Assembly (NCBI GenBank): GCA_963664325.2
Contig: CAXXDQ010000007.1
Location: 288,001 to 352,000, forward strand
Length of the DNA stretch: 64,000 nt
Source: Desulfomonilia bacterium
Lineage (GTDB): Bacteria > Desulfobacterota > Desulfomonilia > UBA1062
Direction: 5' to 3'
This document shows positions 19,685 through 30,275 of the stretch, in pieces; within the stretch, counting starts at the first letter, position 1; each line of letters opens with the position of its first letter. A program made the translations under genes and the position numbers. Below the pieces are notes generated by a model. It was not told where the DNA came from, searched no databases, and was given only the letters and a program-made list of their open reading frames with translations.

Positions 19685-21274
19685 CTATATGCTGATGTGT
19701 TCAACATTCTTCTTGTTGACAAACCATTCCATGACCCATCTGCACATGACCAGTGTAGTGAACAATGTTGTAAGAATACCAAAACACATGGTTATGGCAA
19801 AACCCTTGACTGGTCCTGTTCCGAACTGGAAAAGAACAATACCGGCAATAAGGGCGGTGATGTTTGAGTCCACAACTGTCGGAAGCGCATGCTTATATCC
19901 GGCCTCAACAACCATTTTGGGCGTCCGCCCAAGACGTATTTCCTCCCGCATTCGCTCGAAAACCAGTATGTTTGCATCAACCGCCATACCGATTGTCAAC
20001 ACCATGCCGGCAATACCAGGAAGGGTAAGAACCGCTCCGAAGAGAGACATGATCGCCAGAATCAAAATAAGATGTATGGCGTCGGCAGCGCTGGCGAGAA
20101 GACCGGAGGCCCTGTAATAAACAAGCATGAATATTATTACCAGAATACCACCTATGCCGCATGCAATGACTCCCTTATGAATGGAGTCCTTACCAAGTGA
20201 TGGGCCGACGGTCCTTTCTTCCTGTATTTCGACAGGAGCCAGCAATGACCCGGACCTCAGGACAATAGCCAGATTTTTTGCTTCCTGATCGGTGAATCTG
20301 CCCGTTATCGACGCCTTGCCTCCTGATATTCTGTCCTTTATTACCGGGGCTGAGTAGACTTTGTTGTCGAGAAGTATGGCAAGTCGTTTATTGACATTAT
20401 CACCTGTGATCCGTTCAAAGTCCCTGGCCCCCTGTGTATTGAAATCAAGAGAAATGTAGGGACTGGCGCGGTCTATCTTTACCCTGGCATCATTGAGGGT
20501 GTCCCCAGTTAATTCGACCTGCTGTTTCAGCAGTATGGGTTCATTCGTTTCCTTCATATATGCAATGTAACTGCCCTGCGGTATATCACCCGCCTGGGCG
20601 TTTGACAGGGAATGCTCCTCATCTACAAGCTTGAATTCCAGAACAGCCGTTTCCCCGATAAGCTTTTTGGCCCTTTCGGGGTCCGTAATTCCGGGGAGCT
20701 GTACGTTGATGCGATCTCTGCCCTCCGTTATGATAGACGGCTCGCTCACACCCAGTTGGTCTATCCTGTTCCTGATGGTCTCAAGGGCCTGGCTTATCGA
20801 AGAATCCTTGATCTTTTGGGCCTCGTCTCTCTTTATGGTAAATTTCAAGGCGGTCATACCACCAACTGTCTCGGTAGACGGATCAGTAAAATATGGATAC
20901 TGTTCCTTTATTGCACCTGAAAGCTTATCCTGATCGGCAGGATCCCTTAATACCGCGACAATGGCATCCGGTGCTACCGATTCAATTTTTGTATAATGTA
21001 TTCTTTTCTGCTGCATCTCCGATTTCAGTGATGAAGCGATGATATTCAACTTGCCAGCAACCGCTTTGTCGGTGTCCACTTTGAGGACCAGATGCATGCC
21101 GCCCTGAAGGTCAAGTCCCAGTTTAACCTGTTTGACATATTTCCCGACAGGCCCAAGCCAGTTGTCGGCCAGCTGATACGGTGTGAGCAGCGAGACCATA
21201 GTCGGCAATGAAAGTATCAGTCCAAGGACCAACACGACTGCTATTATGATCCCACGCATTCTGAAATTGTTCAT
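19685..21274 (-). CDS. secD: Protein translocase subunit SecD
   Basis: LGLDLQGG, RNRIDQLGVSEP, VGPSLG, GMAVDANILVFER. Confidence 0.96.
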   Translation of the reverse strand: MNNFRMRGIIIAVVLVLGLILSLPTMVSLLTPYQLADNWLGPVGKYVKQVKLGLDLQGGMHLVLKVDTDKAVAGKLNIIASSLKSEMQQKRIHYTKIESVAPDAIVAVLRDPADQDKLSGAIKEQYPYFTDPSTETVGGMTALKFTIKRDEAQKIKDSSISQALETIRNRIDQLGVSEPSIITEGRDRINVQLPGITDPERAKKLIGETAVLEFKLVDEEHSLSNAQAGDIPQGSYIAYMKETNEPILLKQQVELTGDTLNDARVKIDRASPYISLDFNTQGARDFERITGDNVNKRLAILLDNKVYSAPVIKDRISGGKASITGRFTDQEAKNLAIVLRSGSLLAPVEIQEERTVGPSLGKDSIHKGVIACGIGGILVIIFMLVYYRASGLLASAADAIHLILILAIMSLFGAVLTLPGIAGMVLTIGMAVDANILVFERMREEIRLGRTPKMVVEAGYKHALPTVVDSNITALIAGIVLFQFGTGPVKGFAITMCFGILTTLFTTLVMCRWVMEWFVNKKNVEHISI

Positions 21275-21288
21275 TTAAATCCCCCTTT

Positions 21289-21620
21289 TTAAGCCTTGGT
21301 TACGGCTTTACTGTCCTCGGAGCCCTTTTTATAGGAAATAAACTCTCTGGATACCTTTATCTTAACGTTCTGTGCAATTTCAATCGTAAGGACGTTTTCA
21401 GCAACACCCACGACCTTGCCGTGAATACCTCCCGTCGTAACCACTTCGTCTCCCTTGTCGATCTTGGAAAGCATCTCCCGGTGCTGTTTAGCCTTTTTCT
21501 GCTGGGGCATTATAAGCAGGAAATAAAAAATTACAAAGATAAGAATCAGCGGGGCAATGCTCATCAGCATCCCCATTGTTCCTCCGACGCCGCATCTGCA
21601 GCATAAGCAACACTAATCAT
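21289..21620 (-). CDS. yajC: Preprotein translocase subunit YajC (apparent 5' frameshift near 21585)
   Basis: FYFLLIMPQQKK, GDEVVTTGGIHG; typical MISVAYAADAA N-terminus starts at 21620 in another frame. Confidence 0.9.
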
Positions 21621-22728
21621 TGTACATCTCCTTTATGCTTGATCTTAATTTATCAAAATATTGGTTCTCTACGGAATGCCGCATCTTTAACATTAATTCA
21701 AGATAGAAATGCAGGTTATGCATGGTAGCAAGGACAGAAGACAGTATTTCACCCGACATGAACAGGTGTCTGAGGTATGCAAGCGAGAAATTTCTGCATG
21801 TATAGCAGGTACAGCTTTCGTCAGGCGGTCCTTTTTCAAGCTTGTATTTAGCCTGTTTTAGGGTGATTTTGCCTTTCCATGTAAAAAGCTGGCCGTTTCT
21901 TGCATTCCTTGTTGGAAGCACACAGTCGAACATGTCGATTCCGCGGGCTACGGCTTCAACGATATCAAGCGGGGTCCCCACGCCCATAAGGTAATGCGGC
22001 CGATCGGATGGCAGCAGCGGTAAGGTATATTCAAGCACCTCCATCATCGTGTCATGGCTTTCTCCGACAGACAGTCCGCCTACAGCAATGCCGTCAAACC
22101 CCAGTTCGCTTATCTGGACAGCACTCATTTCACGCAGATTCCTGAAAACACCTCCCTGAACAATTCCAAAAAGTGCATTTTCACCATGCCTTGCATTAAC
22201 GCACCGCTTTGCCCAGAAGGATGTTCTTTTTACGGCATTAAAAGCCTGCTCTTCGCTGCAGGGATAGGGCACGCATTCATCAAGGACCATCATGATATCG
22301 GAACCCAGTTTTTCCTGGATTTGAACGGCCTTTTCAGGAGTAAGACACCTTGTGCTGCCATCGATGTGAGACTGAAACTCGATGCCGTCGTCGGTGATTT
22401 TCCTTAGTTTGGCCAGACTGAAAACCTGATATCCCCCGCTGTCGGTAAGAATCGGACCGTCCCATGCCATGAATTTATGCAGCCCGCCGATCGTTTCTAT
22501 AAGGTCTTCACCTGGGCGCAGATGAAGATGATAGGTGTTTGAAAGTATAATCTGGGCCCCAGTATTTTTCAGATTCTCAGGGGTCATGGCCTTGACCGTG
22601 CCCTGAGTGCCCACAGGCATGAATGCCGGGGTGTCAACTGTCCCTCTCGAGGTATAGAACCTGCCTCTCCTGGCATTGTCGGATTCCGCCAGTACATCGA
22701 ATCTAAATGATGAACATTGCGTCTCCAT
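21613..22728 (-). CDS. tgt: tRNA-guanine transglycosylase
   Basis: TPAFMPVGT, NTYHL, TDSGGYQVFSL, YLMGVG, DMFDCVLPTR, CxCxxC. Confidence 0.97.
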   Translation of the reverse strand: METQCSSFRFDVLAESDNARRGRFYTSRGTVDTPAFMPVGTQGTVKAMTPENLKNTGAQIILSNTYHLHLRPGEDLIETIGGLHKFMAWDGPILTDSGGYQVFSLAKLRKITDDGIEFQSHIDGSTRCLTPEKAVQIQEKLGSDIMMVLDECVPYPCSEEQAFNAVKRTSFWAKRCVNARHGENALFGIVQGGVFRNLREMSAVQISELGFDGIAVGGLSVGESHDTMMEVLEYTLPLLPSDRPHYLMGVGTPLDIVEAVARGIDMFDCVLPTRNARNGQLFTWKGKITLKQAKYKLEKGPPDESCTCYTCRNFSLAYLRHLFMSGEILSSVLATMHNLHFYLELMLKMRHSVENQYFDKLRSSIKEMYND

Positions 22729-23710
22729 AACTGAAGAACCTGTACCTTTCCCTAACGGCTTCCTTATATGCTCTCATGATCAGGTCATATCCGCCGAACG
22801 CACATGCCAGCATGATAAGGGTGGAACATGGCAGATGGAAATTCGTCAGCAGCGCATTAACGCATCTGAATTCAAACCCCGGTCTTATAAAAATATCCGT
22901 ACTGCCGTGACATGCCCTTATTCTACCTTTTTCACGCATCAGGTGTTCAAGAACACGCGCGGTGGTAGTTCCAACCGATACTATCCTTGTTTTATTATTC
23001 ATTGCACTATTTATTTTTTTCGATACATGGCCCCCGACAAAAAATTCCTCATCATGCATTGTGTGTTCATCAATATTGTTGACCCTTACCGGCTGGAAAG
23101 TACCGAGCCCCACATGCAGCGTTATATAAACCGTTTCGACCCCTTTTCTTGGAAAACCGGACAGCATTTTTTTAGTAAAATGCAGTCCCGCAGTTGGCGC
23201 CGCTACCGAGCCGTCATTATTTGCATAAACTGTCTGATAATATTCCTTATCGAGTTCTTCAGCCTTTCTCGAAATATACGGCGGCAAGGGCATACTACCC
23301 GTCGTAAGGATAAGTTCCGGTCTGTCAAATTCGACAATACATTTCTCAGATTCCCTTTCAAGAACTAAAGCCTTGAGGCCGCTTTCAAAGTGCACTGTTG
23401 TACCGGGACGTGACGGTTTTGAAGATCTGACAAGACTCTCCCATTTCCCGGTTTCAATTTCCTTCAACAGGAATATCTCTACATTTCCACCCGTTGTTTT
23501 TTTGCCGTTTAATCTGGCCGGTATTACCCTGCTGTCGTTGAGAACAACCGTATCTCCGGGTAAAAGATATTTATTCAGATCTTTAAAATGCAAATGTGAT
23601 ATTTCCGCCTTTGACCGTTCAACGACCATAAGCCTTTCTGTACCGCGTGAAAGCGGGTATTGGGCAATAAGTGCCTCAGGAAGGTCGTAATGAAAATCTT
23701 TCAGTTCCAT
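22703..23710 (-). CDS. queA: S-adenosylmethionine:tRNA ribosyltransferase-isomerase
   Basis: LIAQYP, PLPPYI, YQTVYA, AAPTAGLHF, TNFHLP, YRFFSYGDAM. Confidence 0.97.
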   Translation of the reverse strand: MELKDFHYDLPEALIAQYPLSRGTERLMVVERSKAEISHLHFKDLNKYLLPGDTVVLNDSRVIPARLNGKKTTGGNVEIFLLKEIETGKWESLVRSSKPSRPGTTVHFESGLKALVLERESEKCIVEFDRPELILTTGSMPLPPYISRKAEELDKEYYQTVYANNDGSVAAPTAGLHFTKKMLSGFPRKGVETVYITLHVGLGTFQPVRVNNIDEHTMHDEEFFVGGHVSKKINSAMNNKTRIVSVGTTTARVLEHLMREKGRIRACHGSTDIFIRPGFEFRCVNALLTNFHLPCSTLIMLACAFGGYDLIMRAYKEAVRERYRFFSYGDAMFII

Positions 23711-23716
23711 CGGGTT

Positions 23717-23920
23717 CTATCCGAGATTCCTGCCCCAATAGATTATTGCAAGCCCCGACGCTGCGCAAACAATTCCTGCAATCTGAATCCATATTTCAGG
23801 TATCTTGTCAATATGCCTGGCTGCAAGCTTCAACCCTTTCGGAAAGATCATGTACGGCAAGGCTTCGATGATAAAAACCATGCCGATAACGCACATAAAA
23901 TATGCAAGATCGAATTTCAT
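23717..23920 (-). CDS. DUF2065 family small membrane protein
   Basis: GMVFIIEALPY..P, two TM helices, upstream of queA. Confidence 0.75.
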   Translation of the reverse strand: MKFDLAYFMCVIGMVFIIEALPYMIFPKGLKLAARHIDKIPEIWIQIAGIVCAASGLAIIYWGRNLG

Positions 23921-23933
23921 GAAAGACCCTCTA

Positions 23934-24968
23934 TCATGTATGTGACGACTTAATCAAATCTTCATCAATGACATGGACATCAATTGACTTGTCCATCTTT
24001 TCCGGCGATTCACCCCAGGAAGCACTGTTGCCTTCCGTACCCCTGGCCTTGGTGTAGCTGAGACATATGGATGCCGCGAGTTCAAGGTTTTCCGTGTTGA
24101 TGTCTCCCCTGATAACGCCTGTGGGTCCGGGTATGTTATCTATCTTGACAAAGACGTTCCCTTTAAATTTCAGCGTTTCGGCAATAACATTTTCATGCTC
24201 ATCCCTTGGAACTATCATCACAGTATTTCTATCGATTGTAAATTTTCTTCCGATGACATCCATCACCAAATCCGCCCTTGAGGGTACTTTCGGGCTGAAC
24301 CTGTCAATCGTCCGCCTGACCTTTTCGGCAATCTGAACGTATGTCAGAAGGCAGCCTCCTGCCGGTGACGGAATATCATCCTTAAGAATACCATAAGAAA
24401 AAGCGAGTTTTTCCTGCCTTTTCCTGCCCCGGCCTGTAATATCGAGCATATCTTCTTTATTTAAGATGCCTTCTTTTTCCGGTAAAGATGGCGGCATATT
24501 CCTGGCGCATAGAGGCCTGACCAGGAGTCCCTTCAGTCCCGAGTCCCTTTCTATAACATTCATTGCATCCCTTCTCTGAGACATGGGCCTCTGTCCGAGT
24601 ACTTCTCCTGTTATCACAAAAGATGCATTATAATCCTTTAAAAGTTCTTTGGCTTTTCTCAACATTCCGATCTTGCAGTCTATGCATGGGTTCATATGCT
24701 TGCCGTAGCCGTGTGCGGGATCGGCAAGTATTTTTATGAACTCGTCAGTGTAATCGATTATCTCAGGCACTATGCCAAATTTGCTGAGATGCTTCTCTTT
24801 GAATTCTGCAGGAAATAACAGGGTGTTAAATCCGAAAAATGGTGTTGCAAAATAAAGGGGAACAACATCAATTCCCAGGTCCCGGACAAATCTTACACAT
24901 ATCAGGCTGTCAAGCCCTCCGGAATAAAGTGCCAAACAGCGCTTATGCATATACAAGGCCCTTTCCAT
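23934..24968 (-). CDS. PP-loop tRNA thiolation enzyme (ThiI/MnmA-like, no THUMP domain)
   Basis: SGGLDS, NPCIDCK, TGEVLGQRPMSQ, PAGGCLLT. Confidence 0.75.
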   Translation of the reverse strand: MERALYMHKRCLALYSGGLDSLICVRFVRDLGIDVVPLYFATPFFGFNTLLFPAEFKEKHLSKFGIVPEIIDYTDEFIKILADPAHGYGKHMNPCIDCKIGMLRKAKELLKDYNASFVITGEVLGQRPMSQRRDAMNVIERDSGLKGLLVRPLCARNMPPSLPEKEGILNKEDMLDITGRGRKRQEKLAFSYGILKDDIPSPAGGCLLTYVQIAEKVRRTIDRFSPKVPSRADLVMDVIGRKFTIDRNTVMIVPRDEHENVIAETLKFKGNVFVKIDNIPGPTGVIRGDINTENLELAASICLSYTKARGTEGNSASWGESPEKMDKSIDVHVIDEDLIKSSHT

Positions 24969-24991
24969 TATTTCAGGGTTCTAATTAACAT

Positions 24992-25026
24992 AAAAAAGAT
25001 CCATACCGCTATTGCAGTATGGATCT
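24992..25026 (-). terminator. Terminator downstream of the tRNA pair
   Basis: AGATCCATAC..GTATGGATCT stem followed by a U-tract on the minus strand. Confidence 0.65.
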
Positions 25027-25032
25027 GGAATC

Positions 25033-25109
25033 TGGCGGGAGCGACGGGACTCGAACCCGCGACCTTCGGCGTGACAGGCCGACGTTATAACCAACTTAAC
25101 TACGCCCCC
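25033..25109 (-). tRNA. tRNA-Asp(GTC)
   Basis: GGGGGCGTAGTTAAGTTGGTTATAACGTCGGCCTGTCACGCCGAAGGTCGCGGGTTCGAGTCCCGTCGCTCCCGCCA folds as a cloverleaf; CCA encoded. Confidence 0.97.
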
Positions 25110-25129
25110 CGCGTGTCTGTTTATTTTCT

Positions 25130-25204
25130 TGGTAGGCGGAACAGGGTTTGAACCTGTGACCCTCGGCTTGTAAGGCCGATGCTCTCCCGCTGAGCTACCC
25201 GCCC
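25130..25204 (-). tRNA. tRNA-Val(TAC)
   Basis: GGGCGGGTAGCTCAGCGGGAGAGCATCGGCCTTACAAGCCGAGGGTCACAGGTTCAAACCCTGTTCCGCCTACCA. Confidence 0.97.
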
Positions 25205-25217
25205 TGAACCTTAAAAG

Positions 25218-25496
25218 CTATTTCTTGTTTACTGCATCCTTGAAAGATTTACCTGCCCTGAAGCGGGGAGATTTCGATGCTTTAATCTTTATAGGTTTCC
25301 TTGTCCTCGGATTTACACCCTGACGTTCTGCCCTTTTTACAACCTCGAACGTTCCAAAGCCAACCAATGTTACTTTATTCCCTTTGGCAAGCGCTTCAGT
25401 GACCGCCTCTGTTGCAGCGTTAATAGCTTTCTCTGCTGCTGCCTTCGGCAAACCGGCTTTTCCTGCAACGACCGCTATCAGTTCAGTTTTAGTCAA
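25218..25496 (-). CDS. hup: HU family DNA-binding protein
   Basis: MTKTELI, VTLVGFGTF, GVNPRT, FRAGK; TTG start with GGAGG RBS. Confidence 0.95.
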   Translation of the reverse strand: MTKTELIAVVAGKAGLPKAAAEKAINAATEAVTEALAKGNKVTLVGFGTFEVVKRAERQGVNPRTRKPIKIKASKSPRFRAGKSFKDAVNKK

Positions 25497-25654
25497 AACA
25501 TACCTCCTATGAAATCTATGATTTTTTTATTATTGCTTTCACCCGCGACAGTAACTAACAGCTATTGCAGGTGGTGTCAATATCTTAAATGCCCTGTTAA
25601 TCACATTTTACAGACAAAATGATTGGACGATTATTTGTCTGGTTAATGCAACTC

Positions 25655-26908
25655 TTATGCCTGTTTCGTATTTCTTTCGAAAACAATCAGAGGCAATATG
25701 CCCTTTAATATTACTTCCTGCGATATATGGCATTCCTTGACCCCATCCATGTCGGGAATGTCGTACATGATATTGAGCATCACATTTTCCATGATCGATC
25801 TGAGTCCTCTGGCACCCGATTTACGCTTCATTGCCTGTTCGGCAATTGTTTTAAGCGCATCCTTGCTGAAAGAGAGATCGACACCTTCCATTTTCATCAA
25901 CGCCTGATACTGTTTGACCAGGGCATTTTTAGGTTCGGTAAGTATGGCAATCAGGGCTTCCTGGTCAAGCTCATGCAATGTGGAGATAACAGGTACACGG
26001 CCGACAAATTCAGGAATCATCCCGAATTTGATCAGGTCTTCAGGCTGGATGTTTCTCAATATCTCACCGATGTTTTTATCTTTCTTTCCCTTGATATCTG
26101 CAACGAAACCAATGGTCTTCTGATCCATCCTCTGAGAAATTATCTTGTCAAGTCCGATGAAAGCCCCTCCGCAGATAAACAGAATATTTGAAGTATCGAC
26201 CCTGATGAATTCCTGCTGGGGGTGCTTTCGGCCGCCCTTAGGGGGAATCGATGCAAGCGTGCCCTCAATGAGCTTTAAAAGCGCCTGCTGAACACCTTCT
26301 CCCGACACGTCCCGTGTAATTGATGGATTGTCACTTTTAGAGGCAATCTTGTCAATTTCATCGATATAGACTATTCCCCTCTGTGCGCGTTCTATATCGT
26401 AGTCTGCATTCTGGAGAAGGTTTACAATTATATTCTCGACATCCTCTCCAACATATCCCGCTTCTGTGAGAGTTGTGGCATCGGCAATGGTGAAAGGAAC
26501 GTCCAGTATTTTTGCCAATGTCTGTGCAAGGAGCGTCTTGCCCGAACCGGTGGGCCCGATCAGCATTATATTGCTTTTGTTGATTTCAATCCCGCCGATA
26601 TTGGTCCCTGCTTCGATCCTTTTATAATGGTTATATACCGCAACAGAGAGGATTTTCTTGGCATGCTCCTGCCCTATGACATATTCATCAAGGACGGTCT
26701 TTATCTCGGAAGGTTTCGGTATCTGGGATGAAGAGGAGAAATGCGTGTACTCGCCTTCTTCTTCAGTCAGTATCTCGTTGCACAGGGATATGCACTCATC
26801 GCAGATATACACATCGGGACCGGCAATGAGCTTCCTGACTTCTTCCTGTGACTTGCCGCAGAAAGAGCATCTCAGGCCCGGCCTGAAATGGTCATTTATC
26901 TTTGGCAT
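25655..26908 (-). CDS. clpX: ATP-dependent Clp protease ATPase subunit
   Basis: CSFCGK..CDEC zinc finger, [21 protein letters not shown]; ATG at 26908. Confidence 0.97.
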   Translation of the reverse strand: MPKINDHFRPGLRCSFCGKSQEEVRKLIAGPDVYICDECISLCNEILTEEEGEYTHFSSSSQIPKPSEIKTVLDEYVIGQEHAKKILSVAVYNHYKRIEAGTNIGGIEINKSNIMLIGPTGSGKTLLAQTLAKILDVPFTIADATTLTEAGYVGEDVENIIVNLLQNADYDIERAQRGIVYIDEIDKIASKSDNPSITRDVSGEGVQQALLKLIEGTLASIPPKGGRKHPQQEFIRVDTSNILFICGGAFIGLDKIISQRMDQKTIGFVADIKGKKDKNIGEILRNIQPEDLIKFGMIPEFVGRVPVISTLHELDQEALIAILTEPKNALVKQYQALMKMEGVDLSFSKDALKTIAEQAMKRKSGARGLRSIMENVMLNIMYDIPDMDGVKECHISQEVILKGILPLIVFERNTKQA

Positions 26909-27515
26909 CTGCCTTGCCTCCTTCTGTTGCCAGTTCTCTCTTTGAAATGACATTGTCCAGTATACCATATTCTTTGGCGTCTTGTGGAGTCATGAAATAA
27001 TCCCGGTCCGTATCCAGAATGACCTTTTCAATCGGTTGCCCGGTATGGTTCGAGATGATTATGTTCAACTCGTCTTTCATTCTCTGCATTTCTCTGGCCT
27101 GGATGGCAACATCTGTCACCTGTCCCTGCACACCCCCCAGAGGCTGGTGAAGCAAAATACGGGAATGCGGCAGGGCATACCTCAATCCAGGCTCGCCCGC
27201 GGCCAGCAACACCGCCGCCATTGATGCCGCCTGGCCAATGCATATCGTTGAAACCTTTGACTTAATGAACTGCATCGTATCATAAACAGCCATCCCCGCA
27301 GTCACCGAACCGCCGGGTGAATTGATATAGAAGTATATATCCTTGTCAGGGTCTTCAGACTCAAGGAAAAGAAATTGAGCCACCAGCAGGTTGGCTATGT
27401 CATCGTTTATCTCGCTTCCAAGGAGGACGATCCTGTCCTTTAAAAGCCTTGAATATATGTCGTATGACCTTTCCCCCCTGTTAGTTTGTTCCACTACTAT
27501 CGGAACCAGCATCAC
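26892..27515 (-). CDS. clpP: Clp protease proteolytic subunit
   Basis: DIYSRLL, YINSPGG, AASMA, HQP, DRDYFM. Confidence 0.97.
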   Translation of the reverse strand: MMLVPIVVEQTNRGERSYDIYSRLLKDRIVLLGSEINDDIANLLVAQFLFLESEDPDKDIYFYINSPGGSVTAGMAVYDTMQFIKSKVSTICIGQAASMAAVLLAAGEPGLRYALPHSRILLHQPLGGVQGQVTDVAIQAREMQRMKDELNIIISNHTGQPIEKVILDTDRDYFMTPQDAKEYGILDNVISKRELATEGGKADAKDK

Positions 27516-28815
27516 CCGCTCCTTCTTCGGAATTTGTAGTATCTTCAGTTACATTTGAATTTTCAATTACGTAGTCAATCACCTTTCTTTCCATAAGCTG
27601 GAAACGTATCTCGTCAAGCCTGCCGTTCTCTTCAAGTCCTTTTTTCACATCTTCAACCGGCATATTGTAAGTATCGGCCATCTCCTGTAATTCCTTATCG
27701 ACATCGCTCTCATCAATCTTAACATCAAGTATTTTTGCTATAGCTTCAACAAGAAGCGATTGTTTCAAGATCTGTTCCGCCGATGAAAGAGATTCTTCTC
27801 TGAGGGCATTCGTGTCCGGGTAAATATCCTGGAGTTTTACACCCTGGGATGCAAATCTCTTGGCCATACCCTGAACCATCATGGTTGCCTGAAGTTTAAT
27901 CATTGATTCGGGAACTTCCACTTGGTTCGCCTCGACAAGTTTTTCTGCAACTCTTGAATTCAAAATGGCTTTTTGTTTTTCAGCTGCCCTTTTTTCAAGC
28001 TCGGTTTTTATCATCTTTCTGAGGTCTTCAACGGTTGCGGTATCTTCTCTCACCTTTTTTGCAAACTCATCGTTCAACTCAGGCATGGCCCTGTGTTTGA
28101 TGGAAATGACCTTCAGGTTGAGTTTTACGGCCTTGCCCCTTAACTCTTCGATATAATGATCATCCGCTATGGTTGTATCATATTCCTTTTCCCCGCCCGT
28201 CTTCATGCCGAGGACCGCATCCATTGCACCGGGAACGAAGCTCCTGTTTCCCGCGTCAACCGTAACTTTGGTCCAGTTGAGCTTTTCGTGATCCTTTGAT
28301 GAGATGTCGGATATTACATAGTCACCCTTTTTAATCTCGTACCCCTCATCCGTAATATCCTCCATCGTTGAGTATGATTCCCTCAATGAAGTTATGGCTG
28401 TATCAATATCCTCATCCTTTACTTCGAACACAGGCTTCTTTATATCGAACCCGGTATATTTTTCAGGTTTGATTTCGGGTTTTACATCAAATTTTGCGGT
28501 AAAAGTGAAATCTTCATCGTCTCCGGGATCTTTGCTGTCGATCTCAGGCATTGATACTACAAACAGTTCCTGCTCCATAACAGCTTTTTCATAATTCTCT
28601 GAAACAAGTTTTTTTGTCAGTTCGCCCTTTATATAGCTGCCATAATATGTATCTATTATGTTCTTAGGGGCCTTGCCTTTCCTGAATCCCTTTATGACAA
28701 CTTCCTGGGCAACTTCCCTGTAAATATCATCCTTGATTTTTTGGACGTCTTCCTTTGGAACCGTTACTGTCATTTCCTTCTTGGTGCCGGTTATATCCTT
28801 GATTTCTACCTTCAT
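27481..28815 (-). CDS. tig: Trigger factor
   Basis: GFRKGKAP signature; tig-clpP-clpX synteny. Confidence 0.93.
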   Translation of the reverse strand: MKVEIKDITGTKKEMTVTVPKEDVQKIKDDIYREVAQEVVIKGFRKGKAPKNIIDTYYGSYIKGELTKKLVSENYEKAVMEQELFVVSMPEIDSKDPGDDEDFTFTAKFDVKPEIKPEKYTGFDIKKPVFEVKDEDIDTAITSLRESYSTMEDITDEGYEIKKGDYVISDISSKDHEKLNWTKVTVDAGNRSFVPGAMDAVLGMKTGGEKEYDTTIADDHYIEELRGKAVKLNLKVISIKHRAMPELNDEFAKKVREDTATVEDLRKMIKTELEKRAAEKQKAILNSRVAEKLVEANQVEVPESMIKLQATMMVQGMAKRFASQGVKLQDIYPDTNALREESLSSAEQILKQSLLVEAIAKILDVKIDESDVDKELQEMADTYNMPVEDVKKGLEENGRLDEIRFQLMERKVIDYVIENSNVTEDTTNSEEGAGDAGSDSSGTN

Positions 28816-29089
28816 TTTACATCCTTTCGATTTATTCTTTACAAACCGCTTGAGACTTACACCTACTATTTATATTTGGTGCCGAGGTCAAGGTTTTTTC
28901 AGTGTTTTCTGAAGATATTATTTTCCTGCCACGCCCCGGCTGGCAGAGCATCGTACATTTTTAAAAGGCAGGAAATATCCTGAAAAAGGATTGATAGCTT
29001 GAAAATACTGTTCATCGAACCCGCAGAAGATCAGTTCCAGTAATATCTTGAGTCCTTAAGAAAAGATAACCCCTATAAAGAAACGCCAT

Positions 29090-29827
29090 TTAGGTAATTG
29101 AAAGAGTCCTGAACAGGTCTTTCATCCGGGCGGTATATTCATTCCTCGCTTCACGGACAAAGAGCGGTGGCTCGACAAACAATTCCCTGCCCGAGCCCTT
29201 GATTCCCTTGACCAGAAACAGGCTTGCGCGGCTGCGGGCATGTGAATGGACCATAACTATTTTCTTGGGTTCGATATTGTTATTCCGCATCACGCTGAGC
29301 ATGTCCGGCAGGCGCCAGACAGGATAAATTGAATAGAACCTGCCGCCGTCATTAAGCAGCCGGTTTGTGCAGGAAAACATCTGTTCGAGCGTAAGCATTA
29401 TTTCGTGTCTGGCAACTGCCTTTTCATCGTGAGGATTAATCCTTCCGCTGCCAACGGGCCGGTACGGCGGATTCACAACAACCGCATTAAATCCCGCGCT
29501 TGTATAATCCTTTATGTCGGCGTTTATGATCCTGAGCTTTTTCTCAAGCCTGTTCATTACAACCGAGCGCTTTGACATCTCCGCAAGCGCAGGCTGAACC
29601 TCGACGCCTGTCATACCGATATTCTTGACGCCGGCAAGAAGAATCGAAACAACACCCGAGCCTGAGCCTATTTCAACAGCCGGCGTCCCTTCTGGTTCAT
29701 CAACAAATGCGGCAAGCAGATATGAATCGATGGAAAAACGGTAGCCTCTGTTTTTCTGGATTATATAAAGGCCGCCTGTAGTAAGCTTATCGGCGGCCTC
29801 ATCCTTCAGGATATCAGGGTTTTGCAT
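29090..29827 (-). CDS. tRNA1(Val) adenine-37 N6-methyltransferase family
   Basis: GYRFSIDSYLLA, EIGSGSG, NPPY, ARHE; start uncertain (29827-29878). Confidence 0.85.
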   Translation of the reverse strand: MQNPDILKDEAADKLTTGGLYIIQKNRGYRFSIDSYLLAAFVDEPEGTPAVEIGSGSGVVSILLAGVKNIGMTGVEVQPALAEMSKRSVVMNRLEKKLRIINADIKDYTSAGFNAVVVNPPYRPVGSGRINPHDEKAVARHEIMLTLEQMFSCTNRLLNDGGRFYSIYPVWRLPDMLSVMRNNNIEPKKIVMVHSHARSRASLFLVKGIKGSGRELFVEPPLFVREARNEYTARMKDLFRTLSIT

Positions 29828-30275
29828 CGATAAAGATGACATCATCCAGTTTTTTGTGATGTGGAAATATCTCGGCATCCCTGAAAAAACGCTTCAGTTC
29901 GATTTCTGCAGTTTCGATGCTGTCCGAGGCATGGACAAGGTTGGAACGTATGCTCATGGACATGTCGCCCCGGATCGTACCCGGAGAGGCCTCCCTGGCA
30001 TTGGTCACGCCGCACATTGACCGTGCAATGCTTACGGAATCGATGCCTTCAACGCAGACGGCGACAATCGGTGCTGACATCATGAACTCTGCTATCTTCG
30101 GGAAATAGGGTTTATCCTTGAGGTGAGAATAATGCTCCTCAAGAAGCGGAAGATCGACCCTGAGCATTTTCATGCCGGTTATTTTCAGGCCCTTGTCTTC
30201 AAACCTGGATATTATCTTTCCGATAAGGCCTCGCTCGACGGCATCCGGTTTAATGAGCAGCAGCGTCTTTTCCAT
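29814..30275 (-). CDS. ndk: Nucleoside diphosphate kinase
   Basis: LIKPDAV, EHY, PGTIRGD, NLVHASDS. Confidence 0.95.
   Translation of the reverse strand: MEKTLLLIKPDAVERGLIGKIISRFEDKGLKITGMKMLRVDLPLLEEHYSHLKDKPYFPKIAEFMMSAPIVAVCVEGIDSVSIARSMCGVTNAREASPGTIRGDMSMSIRSNLVHASDSIETAEIELKRFFRDAEIFPHHKKLDDVIFIDAKP

Noticed and set aside
28877-28887. CCTCGGCACCA (minus strand) resembling a tRNA-Leu 3' end or att site upstream of tig
   Set aside because: Only 11 nt with no T-arm or cloverleaf, and it falls in a plausible promoter spacer after TTGA; chance cannot be excluded.
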